Shown: one piece after another, positions 9,366 through 18,145 of the stretch
Layout of the letters: every line of letters begins with the position of its first letter
Numbering within the stretch: position 1 is the stretch's first letter
Source: Xanthobacteraceae bacterium
Lineage (GTDB): Bacteria > Pseudomonadota > Alphaproteobacteria > Rhizobiales > Xanthobacteraceae
Direction: 5' to 3'
NCBI GenBank assembly: GCA_020441545.1
Contig: JAGRLZ010000201.1
Coordinates: 1,415-65,414, forward strand
DNA: 64,000 bases
Translations under genes and position numbers: made by a program
Notes under the pieces: generated by a model
What the model saw: only the letters and a program-made list of their open reading frames with translations
Told to the model about the DNA's origin: nothing
The model's database searches: none

Positions 9366-10538
9366 ATGTCATCGATCTCGCCTTCGTTCGACCAGACTTT
9401 CGATCAGGCTTGCCCGCCTGAACTGGTTGAAGCGCGCTACAGCACCCTGATGCCGGTGCTGCTCGTCGCCTTCGGACAGATCCTCGTCGGCACCGTGGCG
9501 ACGACCCGCACGGGCGATACGGCATTCGCCGTCCTGACGCTGCTCAGCATGGTGACGACGGCCGCGCGCTTTCTCATCATCTTCGCCTATCGCCGCCGAT
9601 TCCGCGGCGGCAACGGCGATGCCGTCGAGGCGCGGCGCTGGCAGGGCTGGTACCAATCCGGCAGCTACGCCGCGGCGGCGCTGGTCGGGGCGATGGCATT
9701 CCGCTGCTTCACCATCGGAAACGCCGAACTCGCGATGCTGGGGACGACCATCGCCTTCGGCTACGCCAGCGGCGTGGTGGCGCGCGGCGCGATTCCGCCG
9801 AAATGGGTCTTCGCCAGCATCACCCTGGTGACGGCGCCGCTTATCCTGGGCTGCCTCATGCACGCCCCCGAACCGGCCTATCTCTGCCTCGCGGTGCTGG
9901 TTTCGGTTTTCTACATCGGCAGCTTCGAGATCATTCGCAGCAACTATGAAGCCACCATCACCCAAATCAGGCTCAAGCACCAATACGAGGAGATGGCGAA
10001 ATACGATCCGCTGACGCGCCTGCGCAACCGCTCGGCACTGCCGGAGATCACCCACCGGATCGCCGGCGACGAACGACTCGCCGTCCATTATCTCGACCTC
10101 GACCGCTTCAAGGCCGCCAACGACCGCTACGGCCATCCCGCCGGAGACATGCTGCTGAAGGAAGTGGCCAACCGGCTGAACGCACTGGCCGCACCGGCCG
10201 ATATCGTCATTCGCCTCGGCGGCGATGAATTCGCCGTCGTGCAGGGCAACGTCGCCAGCCGCGCCGAGGTCGAGCTGTTCGCCGCAAGGCTCGTCCGCAC
10301 CATCGGCATGCCTTACGCCATCGGCCGCGACCCGATCCATCTCGGCGCCAGCATCGGCTTCGCGATCGCGCCCGGCGACGGCACCACGGCGGAGGCGCTG
10401 CTGGCGCAGGCGGACAGCCGCCTCTACGCCTCCAAGCGCGCGCACGCCGATGTGGCCTATATCGCCCTGCCGCCGACGCTGGCGCCGGCGCGCGACATCA
10501 GCCTGTCCTCGTCCATCGAGATCGAACCCCGGGTCTAA
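9366..10538 (+). CDS. Membrane-anchored diguanylate cyclase (GGDEF), paralog of the upstream gene
   Basis: Multi-TM N-terminus, LTRLRNR...LDLDRFKAANDRYGHPAGD...RLGGDEF. The I-site position reads APAD (no Arg). ATG at 9366; the track start 9279 is TTG. Confidence 0.85.
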   Translation: MSSISPSFDQTFDQACPPELVEARYSTLMPVLLVAFGQILVGTVATTRTGDTAFAVLTLLSMVTTAARFLIIFAYRRRFRGGNGDAVEARRWQGWYQSGSYAAAALVGAMAFRCFTIGNAELAMLGTTIAFGYASGVVARGAIPPKWVFASITLVTAPLILGCLMHAPEPAYLCLAVLVSVFYIGSFEIIRSNYEATITQIRLKHQYEEMAKYDPLTRLRNRSALPEITHRIAGDERLAVHYLDLDRFKAANDRYGHPAGDMLLKEVANRLNALAAPADIVIRLGGDEFAVVQGNVASRAEVELFAARLVRTIGMPYAIGRDPIHLGASIGFAIAPGDGTTAEALLAQADSRLYASKRAHADVAYIALPPTLAPARDISLSSSIEIEPRV

Positions 10539-10581
10539 CGACACCGCGCCGGCCCATCAGGCGGTGCGGCCCGATCGATGG

Positions 10582-11844
10582 CTATTCGTCGTCCTCGTCG
10601 GCGAACTTCGACACGTGGCGCGTGGGGCGGCGCGCACCGACCGAACTGGTATAGGCCGGATCGCCGCCTCGGAAATAGGGATTGCGCCGCTGCACGCGCG
10701 CCGCGATTTCCTCGCCCGACACCGCGGCCGGCTTGCAGATCACGCGCCGGCTCGCCCGCCGCATCAGGTCGACGTGGATGTGGTTGTAATGATAGACGTT
10801 GGCGCCCGGCGCCAGCACGGTGGTGAAGCGCTGACAGGCCGCACCCTGCACGTCGCGCAGGAACCCCTGCTCCTCCGGCAGGCCCTTCCAGCCTTTCTGC
10901 ACCGAAATATAGCGCCCGTCCGCCAGCCTGAAGCCGGCGATATCCAGCGCGTTGCCGAATGCGTGCTCGGAAATATGAGCGTGCGGATTGCCGTTCATGC
11001 CGCGGCAGGAATAGGCGGAAATCTGCTTGATCTCGGCGACGCGCGCACCGAACCAGCGCATCGCCGCCGGCTGCACGGCTTCCGCCAGCCAGCCGTCGAG
11101 CGCGGCCACGATCGGGCACGCCAGTGTCGCGGTCGGCTTCAGCGCCACCGGGCCGAACGACGACACCGGATTGCCGCGCGCCGGGCCGAGGCGCGGCAGC
11201 GGCGACGTCCGCGCCGCATCATACAACTGCGTTGCCACCGGCGTCGCGTCGCGCGGCGACGCGGCCGGCCGGCTGTCGATCGGCTGCGTGTAACGCCCTT
11301 GCGGATCGCCCTGTTGCGCACGCCCCCGCGGACCGACCTGCCATCCCGACGGCGTATCCTCGGCGGCCAGCGGAGCATCCCCCTCGGCCGGAAGATCGAT
11401 CGCGCCGCCTGCCGGCGCGACGCCGGGCGCATTCAGCGAGACCGGCCCCGTCGAGCGACGTCCATCATCCGGCTGTGGCACGGGCGCGTTCGTATAGGAA
11501 CCGGGGGTGGCCGCATAATTGGGCTGCGCTCCCGGCCAGCGCGGCTGGCCGCGGCCGACCGCCGCCGGCGGCCGCAGATCGTCGGCGAAACCGAGCGCCG
11601 TCGAACTCTCGCCGAGCGCCGCCACCTTCAGCGGAAATTCGGCACCGCAGACGCCGGGGCCCTCGATGGGTTTGATACGCACGACCTCGGCGCTCTCCCG
11701 CACCGCACCCGACTTCAGGCACGCGGCCTCGGCCTCCGCCCGCCACGGAGCGCGTTGCTCGACCTGGAACAGGCCGCGGCCGCACCCCGCAAGCGAAACC
11801 AGAGCCAGCGTGCCGGTCAGGTAGAAGGCCAATCTGCGCGTCAT
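10582..11844 (-). CDS. Extensin-like family lipoprotein (extensin-like C-terminal domain)
   Basis: Lipobox LVSLAGC, a Pro-rich middle, and a C-terminal CPIVAALDGWL...HISEHAFGNALDIAGF...NHIHVDL recalled as the extensin-like C-terminal domain. Confidence 0.75.
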   Translation of the reverse strand: MTRRLAFYLTGTLALVSLAGCGRGLFQVEQRAPWRAEAEAACLKSGAVRESAEVVRIKPIEGPGVCGAEFPLKVAALGESSTALGFADDLRPPAAVGRGQPRWPGAQPNYAATPGSYTNAPVPQPDDGRRSTGPVSLNAPGVAPAGGAIDLPAEGDAPLAAEDTPSGWQVGPRGRAQQGDPQGRYTQPIDSRPAASPRDATPVATQLYDAARTSPLPRLGPARGNPVSSFGPVALKPTATLACPIVAALDGWLAEAVQPAAMRWFGARVAEIKQISAYSCRGMNGNPHAHISEHAFGNALDIAGFRLADGRYISVQKGWKGLPEEQGFLRDVQGAACQRFTTVLAPGANVYHYNHIHVDLMRRASRRVICKPAAVSGEEIAARVQRRNPYFRGGDPAYTSSVGARRPTRHVSKFADEDDE

Positions 11845-11974
11845 GCGCGCACGTTCACCGAATTTATTTAAAGACTCTTCAACGCATTGATTTCAGAAAT
11901 CCTTAACCATGCCGACCAGGTTCCACCGGGATCGCTCTGGCGCGATGGTGCAGCGATGCTGTCTTTTTTCGCGC

Positions 11975-12000
11975 GGAACGGATGACCACCTTGGTTCGTT
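11975..12000 (+). promoter_or_regulatory. EcfG-type (general stress response ECF sigma) promoter, GGAAC-N17-CGTT
   Basis: GGAAC at 11975-11979, a 17-nt spacer, CGTT at 11997-12000. It lies 37 nt upstream of the small ORF ATG at 12037. Confidence 0.5.
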
Positions 12001-12036
12001 AGCACCGCCGACAACCTCGAGACTGGGAGGCATCCC

Positions 12037-12132
12037 ATGACCCATCCCATGACCCTGGCAGGCAAACTGAGCGTCGTGAGCGCCTATCTCGCTTTGGCAT
12101 TCGTCGGCGCGATCGTGATCGGCATGTTCTGA
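12037..12132 (+). CDS. Unannotated 31-aa hydrophobic small protein (MTHPMTLAGKLSVVSAYLALAFVGAIVIGMF)
   Basis: GGGAGG SD at 12025-12030, 6 nt before the ATG. Mostly G/C third positions, one predicted TM helix, and an EcfG-type promoter upstream. Below the ORF-track length cutoff. Confidence 0.45.
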   Translation: MTHPMTLAGKLSVVSAYLALAFVGAIVIGMF

Positions 12133-12229
12133 TCGCCACCCGCCACGCGCCGCGGCTTGAACCCACGCGCCGCGACTTGAACCTTTGGCTCCCTGCCCAA
12201 GACCCAATGCAAAACGCAGGGAGGCAGGA

Positions 12230-12979
12230 ATGGTCAACAATTCAGGTCATGCCGGACGTTCTCGTGCCGCAGCCATGCACGCCAAAACTTTGCGCACCAA
12301 GGCTTCGCGCACCAAAGCTTCGCGCATCAAGAATTCGCGCGTCGCGACGGTGGCGCTCGCAGCCGTCGCCGCACTCGGCCTTGCGGCATCCGCCGAAGCC
12401 AATCCGCTGCCGCTGTTTCCCTTCATCATGCAGCCCGCGCCCGCGATGCAGGCGCCGCCGCCGGCGGTCGATGATGCGACATCCACCGCGATGCCGTCGC
12501 GCTTCAAGCGGCAGATCGTGGCCTATGCAACCCGCGAGGCACCGGGAACGATCGTGATCGATACGCCGAACACCTATCTCTATTTCGTGCTCGGCAACGG
12601 CCGCGCGATCCGCTACGGCATCGGCGTCGGCCGGCGCGGCTTCACCTGGTCCGGCGTGCAGACCATTTCGAAGAAGGCCGAGTGGCCGAACTGGACGCCG
12701 CCGGCGGAAATGATCGCGCGGCAACCTTACCTGCCGCGCTTCATGGCCGGCGGTCCCGGCAATCCGCTCGGCGCGCGCGCGATGTATCTCGGCAATACCG
12801 TCTACCGCATTCACGGCACCAACGCGCCCGAGACCATCGGCAGCCATATCTCCTCCGGCTGTATCCGCCTCACCAATGCCGACGTCACCGATCTCTATGC
12901 GCGCGTCAATGTCGGCACCCGGGTCGTGGTGTTGCCGAACGAACGCCACGCCGACAGCCGCCGCTTGACCATGCGCTGA
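12230..12979 (+). CDS. L,D-transpeptidase (YkuD domain)
   Basis: GTIVIDTPNTYLYFVL..., catalytic HGT...SSGCIRL. ATG 12230 is preceded by GGGAGG; the track start 12185 is TTG. Confidence 0.85.
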   Translation: MVNNSGHAGRSRAAAMHAKTLRTKASRTKASRIKNSRVATVALAAVAALGLAASAEANPLPLFPFIMQPAPAMQAPPPAVDDATSTAMPSRFKRQIVAYATREAPGTIVIDTPNTYLYFVLGNGRAIRYGIGVGRRGFTWSGVQTISKKAEWPNWTPPAEMIARQPYLPRFMAGGPGNPLGARAMYLGNTVYRIHGTNAPETIGSHISSGCIRLTNADVTDLYARVNVGTRVVVLPNERHADSRRLTMR

Positions 12980-13071
12980 TCGCGGCGCGGCTTCCATGAC
13001 ATCGACAGGCTCCGCATCGCGGGGCCTGTTCGCCTTGGAATGGCCTCTGGCCTCGTCGAGATTCACGCATT

Positions 13072-13175
13072 GGAGCGTTTTCGAGCGAAGCGGGTGCCGG
13101 TTCGCGTAAAGAAAACGCGTTGGAATAAGGATATAGAGCCCCGTTCCGATAGAATCGGAACGGAAATGGCTCTAG
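13072..13175. repeat. Type-A structured intergenic repeat (MITE/REP-like), inverted orientation relative to copies at 27884, 39824, 46997
   Basis: GAGCGTTTTCGAGCGAAGCGGGTGCCGGTTCGCG..GAAAACGCGTT..CCCCGTTCCGAT-AGA-ATCGGAACGG..GGCTCTAG. Four other near-identical copies occur in the window. Confidence 0.85.
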
Positions 13176-13202
13176 ATTCGCGGCGACGGGGATATCCAGC
13201 CG

Positions 13203-14747
13203 ATGCGCATAAAGACTGTTCTGATCGCGATCGTGGTGATCGCGCTTTCGTTCGTGGCCGGCCTGAAGATCATGGACTGGTGGTCGCCGCGAGGCGCGGC
13301 GCCGCGCCTTGTGGCGCTGCCGCCTCTGCCGGACGTGGCGCGCAACTCCTCGATCCTGGCGCCGATCCGGATCCCGCTGAAGGTGATCGCATCCGCCGCC
13401 GATCGCGCCACGCCGCGCGATTTCAACGGCAAGGCCGCCAATCCGGTGCCGCAGCTTCTGCAGAACGCCGACATCGACTGGACCGCCAGGCGCGGCACCA
13501 TCACCGCGAGCGGCGGGCAGAACGCACTGGCGCTGGCGACCCCGCTCACCGGCACGCTGAAGGTCAAGGGCTCGCTCTCCGAAAGCGTGCAAGGCGCCCT
13601 CGGCAATGCGCTCGGCTCGCTGCTCGGCGGCAACGCCGCGAAACAGCTCGGCAGCCTGAACATCAAGAACGTCAATGCCGACGCCGAAATCCGCGGCAAT
13701 GTCGGCATGACCGCCCGTCCGGCGCTGCTGGCCAATTGGCGCATCGAACCGAACCTCGCGGCCAAGGTCGATCTCGGCGACACCGACCTGTCGGTGGCCG
13801 GCATTCGCGTCAACGTGCCGGCGCAGGTCAAGCCGGCCCTCGACAATGCGCTCAACGAGCAGCTTGCCGGATTGCAGGAACGCATCCGCAACGATCCGGT
13901 CATCGAGCAGAACGCGCGGCGCGAATGGGCGAAGATGTGCCGCTCGATTCCGCTGCAAGGCGCGGGCGCGAGCGGACCGAAGCTGTGGCTCGAATTGCGG
14001 CCGACCCGCGCGGTCGCCGCGCAGCCGCGCGTCGACGCCGATGCGCTCACCCTGACGCTCGGCATCGACGGCGAGACCCGCATCACCTCCGCCGCGACCA
14101 AGCCCGACTGTCCGTTCCCGGCGAAGCTCGACATCGTGCCGGCAAGCGCCGGTCGCATGCGCATCGGCGTTCCGATCGACCTGCCTTTCACCGAGATCAA
14201 CACGCTGCTGGACGCGCAACTGGCCGGCAAGACCTTTCCCGAAGACGGCAACGGCGCGGTCGCGGTCAAGGTCAAGCGGGCCATGGTGGCCGCGTCCGGC
14301 GACCGCCTGCTGATCTCCCTTCTGATCGACGCCAAGGAGAACCGAAGCTGGTTCGGCTTGGGCACCGACGCCAGCGTGCATATCTGGGGCAGGCCGATTC
14401 TCGACCAGGCGCAACAGGTGCTGCGCCTGACCGACATATCGTTGTCGGTCGAATCGGAAGCCGCCTACGGGCTGCTCAACGCCGCGACCAAGGCCGCGCT
14501 GCCCTATCTCGAAAAGGCACTGGCGGACCGCGCGGTGATCGACCTCAAGCCGTTCGCGGCCAATGCCCGGCAACGCATCGCCGCCGAAGTCCGCAACTTC
14601 CAGAAGAACGATCAGGGCGCGCGGGTCGATGCCGACATCACCAGCCTGCGCCTGTCCGGCATCGCCTTCGATTCCACGAAGCTGCGGATCATCGCGGATG
14701 CCGAAGGCACCGCCAAAGTGACGGTCAACAGGCTGCCGGGCCTGTAG
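13203..14747 (+). CDS. DUF4403-like membrane-anchored protein
   Basis: 514 aa, N-terminal TM (MRIKTVLIAIVVIALSFVAGL), high GC3. The family assignment is from memory of DUF4403 size and architecture only. Confidence 0.6.
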   Translation: MRIKTVLIAIVVIALSFVAGLKIMDWWSPRGAAPRLVALPPLPDVARNSSILAPIRIPLKVIASAADRATPRDFNGKAANPVPQLLQNADIDWTARRGTITASGGQNALALATPLTGTLKVKGSLSESVQGALGNALGSLLGGNAAKQLGSLNIKNVNADAEIRGNVGMTARPALLANWRIEPNLAAKVDLGDTDLSVAGIRVNVPAQVKPALDNALNEQLAGLQERIRNDPVIEQNARREWAKMCRSIPLQGAGASGPKLWLELRPTRAVAAQPRVDADALTLTLGIDGETRITSAATKPDCPFPAKLDIVPASAGRMRIGVPIDLPFTEINTLLDAQLAGKTFPEDGNGAVAVKVKRAMVAASGDRLLISLLIDAKENRSWFGLGTDASVHIWGRPILDQAQQVLRLTDISLSVESEAAYGLLNAATKAALPYLEKALADRAVIDLKPFAANARQRIAAEVRNFQKNDQGARVDADITSLRLSGIAFDSTKLRIIADAEGTAKVTVNRLPGL

Positions 14748-14896
14748 CGGGATCGCGAGCAAGCCTGTGAACGGGTCGACGCGCCCGCGAGCGGCGCAAT
14801 CGGGAACGACAGAAGCCGGACGGCCATCGCCGCCCGGCTTCTCCCACCACCTGCACCTGATACGTCGGCATCAGGCACCCACCTCAGCGCCGAGGC

Positions 14897-15433
14897 TTAG
14901 CTCGAATACTTGAACTCCGGCATGTTCTTGAGCTGCTCCTTGGTGGCGCTGAACACGCCATGGTCCGGATACCAGGGATTGGTCTTGGGCGGCGGTGCCG
15001 AGGTCGCCGCGCCCGTCGTCGTGCCGGCCGGGCGACGGCCCATCGTGCCGGCGCTCGAGTTGCTCGCCGTGGTCGACGGCTTCACCGGCGTGTCGACCCA
15101 TTTGATCTTCTCGAACGGGATCGAGACATAGTGCTCGCCCACGCCGAGGAAGCCACCGACACCGATCACCGCAGCCTGAATCCTGCCCTGCCTGTCGAAC
15201 AGCAGATCGTTCACCGAGCCGAGACTCTCATTGGCGTCGTTGTAGATCCTCAGCCCGACGACTTTCGACGCGCGCCATTCGCCCTGATGCGAGGACGACG
15301 GTTCCGCTGCGGGCGCCATGGTCGTCGCCGCCGGCGGGGTTGCGGTCGTCGACGTGGACGGCGTCTGCGCCATCACCGCTGTCGCGAGCATCGCCGAGCC
15401 AACCAGCACGGTCGTCATGTATTTTGCAAACAT
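14897..15433 (-). CDS. Secreted PRC-barrel domain protein
   Basis: Signal peptide, Thr/Pro/Ala-rich linker, then a PRC-barrel-like core (VVGLRIYNDANESLGSVNDLLFDRQGRIQAAVIGVGGFLGVGEHYVSIP). ATG 15433 has a GGAGG SD; the track start 15439 is GTG. Confidence 0.8.
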   Translation of the reverse strand: MFAKYMTTVLVGSAMLATAVMAQTPSTSTTATPPAATTMAPAAEPSSSHQGEWRASKVVGLRIYNDANESLGSVNDLLFDRQGRIQAAVIGVGGFLGVGEHYVSIPFEKIKWVDTPVKPSTTASNSSAGTMGRRPAGTTTGAATSAPPPKTNPWYPDHGVFSATKEQLKNMPEFKYSS

Positions 15434-15469
15434 GTACACACCTCCTGTTCAGAACATGTCAGCGAGGGC

Positions 15470-15494
15470 AACACGCGGCGAACGCGAGCGTTCC
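15470..15494 (-). promoter_or_regulatory. Possible EcfG-type promoter (GGAAC-N16-TGTT, one mismatch in -10)
   Basis: Minus strand: GGAAC (15494-15490), a 16-nt spacer, TGTT (15473-15470). It lies ~36 nt upstream of ATG 15433. Confidence 0.3.
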
Positions 15495-15755
15495 GGTCCG
15501 GCGACCGAAAGATGCTGCGCCTATGGTGAAGCTGGGTTGCAAAATCGGATAGCGAGTGCCGGAGAAAGCAGCTCGGCCTTTCGGGCGAAATCGTTCCGCC
15601 AGGATCGTTGCGAGATCAAAGGACGATGCTTGAACTGGGAGAGTTCTTGCGAGATCAACAAAAGCCGCGCGACGCTCGCGCGGGCCTGCCGGTTTGCAAC
15701 ACCAGGCACGCAACCGACACGCGCGCTGGCGCATCGCGCGGTGCGCCCGTCCCCT

Positions 15756-16136
15756 TCAGAATCCCCAGTAGGGCGGAACGCCATAGTGGCGATGCAGTTC
15801 CTCCTCCTGCGCACGATCGCCCCAGTCGAAATCCTTGTCGGCAAGAAAGGACGGCGCGCTGCGTAGCTCGTCTTCCGTGATGTCGAGCTGATAGGCTTCC
15901 ATGTCGCGATTGTAGGTCAGCCGCGCCCACGGCAGCGGCAGCAGCTTCGCGCCCATCCCGAGAAAGCCGCCGAAGCTGAGAATGGCGTAGGACACCTTGC
16001 CGGTGAGCTTGTCGATCATCAGCCGCTCGATATGGCCGATGCGTTCGCCGTTGGGACGACGGACGGACGTCCCTTCGACGCGATCGCTTGCAATCAAACT
16101 GTGCGACTTCCGCGCTGCCGGATCACCGCTGGTCAT
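15756..16136 (-). CDS. PRC-barrel domain protein (cytoplasmic, stress-associated type)
   Basis: LIASDRVEGTSVRRPNGERIGHIERLMIDKLTGKVSYAILSFGGFLGMGAKLLPLPW. GGGAGG SD. Confidence 0.85.
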   Translation of the reverse strand: MTSGDPAARKSHSLIASDRVEGTSVRRPNGERIGHIERLMIDKLTGKVSYAILSFGGFLGMGAKLLPLPWARLTYNRDMEAYQLDITEDELRSAPSFLADKDFDWGDRAQEEELHRHYGVPPYWGF

Positions 16137-16165
16137 GAACGCCTCCCATGATCGGTCAGGAGATC

Positions 16166-16191
16166 AACGACAGGACACGGTTTCGGGTTCC
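16166..16191 (-). promoter_or_regulatory. EcfG-type promoter, GGAAC-N17-CGTT
   Basis: Minus strand: GGAAC (16191-16187), a 17-nt spacer, CGTT (16169-16166). It lies 29 nt upstream of ATG 16136. Confidence 0.5.
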
Positions 16192-16346
16192 CCCGGCTGC
16201 ATCCGGTTCCCCGGAACCGCACCTGGGCAGAGCGGAGCGACAAGCACGAACGGAATTGCACGAACGGCGACGGGCAGGCATTCACCACGCCCGCGACCTC
16301 GACTGTTCGTCAGACGGCAATCCGGAACGACCGGCGCTGGGGAAAT

Positions 16347-16562
16347 TCACGCCGCCAGTCGTGCGGAGATCGCTTCTTCCGCCCTGAACACGGCGACCGA
16401 CTCGAATTTGTAGCCGCACGCCCAGCAGTGCCAGAGGAATGCAGCCGAACTGCTGCTCTCCTCGACCCATTCGGGCGCGGCGATCGGCTCACCGCACTGG
16501 GCGCATGGATTGTGGCGCGGAAGTTCGAAGCGGGGAAGACCACCGGACTGGATCGCGGTCAT
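16347..16562 (-). CDS. Small zinc-ribbon-like protein (CxxC...CxxC)
   Basis: 71 aa with CAQCGEP...HCWACGY. ATG start. No known function. Confidence 0.5.
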   Translation of the reverse strand: MTAIQSGGLPRFELPRHNPCAQCGEPIAAPEWVEESSSSAAFLWHCWACGYKFESVAVFRAEEAISARLAA

Positions 16563-16745
16563 GACACGTCCCTCATCGGCTCTTGTTCCAGCAACTCCGG
16601 CGCCTCTTGTCTCTCCGGATGCGCGTGGCCTTGCTGCACCGCAGGATTCGGAATCGAGAGGACCGGCGACGTTATGATGGCAGAGACTTAAGATTGCAGT
16701 GACTTAGATTGCAGAAGTCCAATCGAAGCGTGGCTCGGCATCCGG

Positions 16746-16810
16746 ATGTTTGCCCGATATGTTTGCCTGATATGTTTGCCTGATATGTTTGCCTGATATG
16801 TTTGCCTGAT
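16746..16810. repeat. 13-bp tandem repeat x5 (ATGTTTGCC[C/T]GAT)
   Basis: Five head-to-tail copies, four identical. Located in the divergent intergenic region between 16562 (-) and 17074 (+). Confidence 0.95.
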
Positions 16811-17073
16811 GGCACTCGCCCATCCCGAGGCGGCAGATCCCGATGCGGCAAGCACCCGAAGCCGCTCCAGAGTATGCCGGCGCCGTGCGCCGTCAAGACG
16901 ATTTCCCGCGAGATGCTGCGACGTTTTTGCGGCAGCAACATTGACTGAACGCCGGCAAGGTTGCCGGCTACCGTGGACGCCGCGGCCGCCTTCCCGCTGC
17001 CACAGTTGGGACGCCATAAGACACCGGCTTTCCAGGCTCCCGCCATGCGAACCGAAAACCGAAAGATGACGGC

Positions 17074-17565
17074 ATGACCAGAATCGGATTGCAGATACTG
17101 ATCGCGACCGTCGCGGTGGCGCTGTTCGGCGACGCAGCCTTCGCGCAGCGCGCGCGCTACGAGTCGATGGTGGCGGCACATGCGCATGCCAACGGCATCC
17201 CGGTCGAACTCGTGCATCGCGTGATCGTGCGCGAAAGCCGCTACCAGCCGCATCTGGTCGGGCGCGGCGGAACCATCGGCCTGATGCAGATCAAGCTCGC
17301 GACCGCGCGCGGCCTCGGCTACACCGGCACGGCGGCAGGTCTGCGCGATCCGGAAACCAACCTGACCTATGCGGTCCGCTATCTCGCCGGGGCCTATCGC
17401 GCGGCGAACGGCAATGCCGACCGCGCGGTGCGATACTATGCCAGCGGCTACTACTATGCGGCGAAGCGGCAACGCCAGCGTCGCCGTCACGACCCGCACC
17501 TGGCGCGCGCCAATGCGCGGATGCCGTTGCCCGGCGTGCCCCTGATGCTCCTGCCGCAGCGCTGA
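17074..17565 (+). CDS. Lytic transglycosylase (SLT domain), secreted
   Basis: Signal peptide, then VIVRESRYQP....GLMQI...YL, an SLT catalytic Glu-Ser context. Confidence 0.8.
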   Translation: MTRIGLQILIATVAVALFGDAAFAQRARYESMVAAHAHANGIPVELVHRVIVRESRYQPHLVGRGGTIGLMQIKLATARGLGYTGTAAGLRDPETNLTYAVRYLAGAYRAANGNADRAVRYYASGYYYAAKRQRQRRRHDPHLARANARMPLPGVPLMLLPQR

Positions 17566-17721
17566 CACGACCTTCAAAGACCGATCATTTCCGCCTGAAA
17601 TGATACGATCCGCTTTGCGCGGGTTGGCGCGGCCCGTTATATCGGGGCTTTCAACCTATCGGCGAATTCCCGTGAATTTCGGACAACAGCCAGGGATTCG
17701 TCGTTGTCCGAGGATCGATCG

Positions 17722-18141
17722 ATGCATCATCTCACGCCATGGGCGGGCCTGCTCGGCGGCGCGCTGATCGGGCTCGCATCCGTGCTTCTGATGCTGTTCA
17801 ACGGCCGGATCGCCGGCATCAGCGGCATCTTCGGCGACCTCCTGACGGCCCGCAACCGGGGCTGGCGGCTGGCCTTCGTGGCGGGCCTGCTGGCGGCGCC
17901 GCTGCTCGCGGCGCTGGGCGGCGCAACCCTGCCCGTCCCGACCATGCCCGCGAGCTTCACCCTCATTGCGATCGCAGGCTTGCTGGTCGGGATCGGAACG
18001 CGGCTCGGCGGCGGCTGCACCTCGGGTCACGGCGTGTGCGGCAACGCGCGGCTGTCGGCGCGATCGATCGCGGCCACCGTCACCTTCATGGTCGTCGCCA
18101 TCGTCACGGTTGCCGTGGTCCGGCACGGCATCGGAGGCTGA
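17722..18141 (+). CDS. YeeE/YedE family membrane protein (half-size, part 1)
   Basis: GRIAGISG... and GGGCTSGHGVCG motifs typical of YeeE/YedE sulfur-transport-type proteins. ATG at 17722; the track start is TTG. Confidence 0.8.
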   Translation: MHHLTPWAGLLGGALIGLASVLLMLFNGRIAGISGIFGDLLTARNRGWRLAFVAGLLAAPLLAALGGATLPVPTMPASFTLIAIAGLLVGIGTRLGGGCTSGHGVCGNARLSARSIAATVTFMVVAIVTVAVVRHGIGG

Positions 18142-18145
18142 GGTC

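Noticed and set aside
12906-14762. 618-aa minus ORF; similar long antisense ORFs at 7863..9311, 26523..27893, 27949..29532, 29742..30935, 31985..33634, 35880..37061, 42354..43643, 43298..44554, 45478..47064, 52953..54773, 54791..56521, 56521..57723, 58112..59974, 60164..61300 and 61589..63841
   Set aside because: Each lies opposite a gene with family motifs and a plausible SD and start. The translations are R/A/G/P/D/H-rich with no recognisable domain.
16746-16810. Possibility that the tandem arrays (16746, 33668, 41113) are CRISPR arrays
   Set aside because: The units are 13-15 bp and directly abutting, with no unique spacers. There are no cas genes. They are simple tandem repeats.
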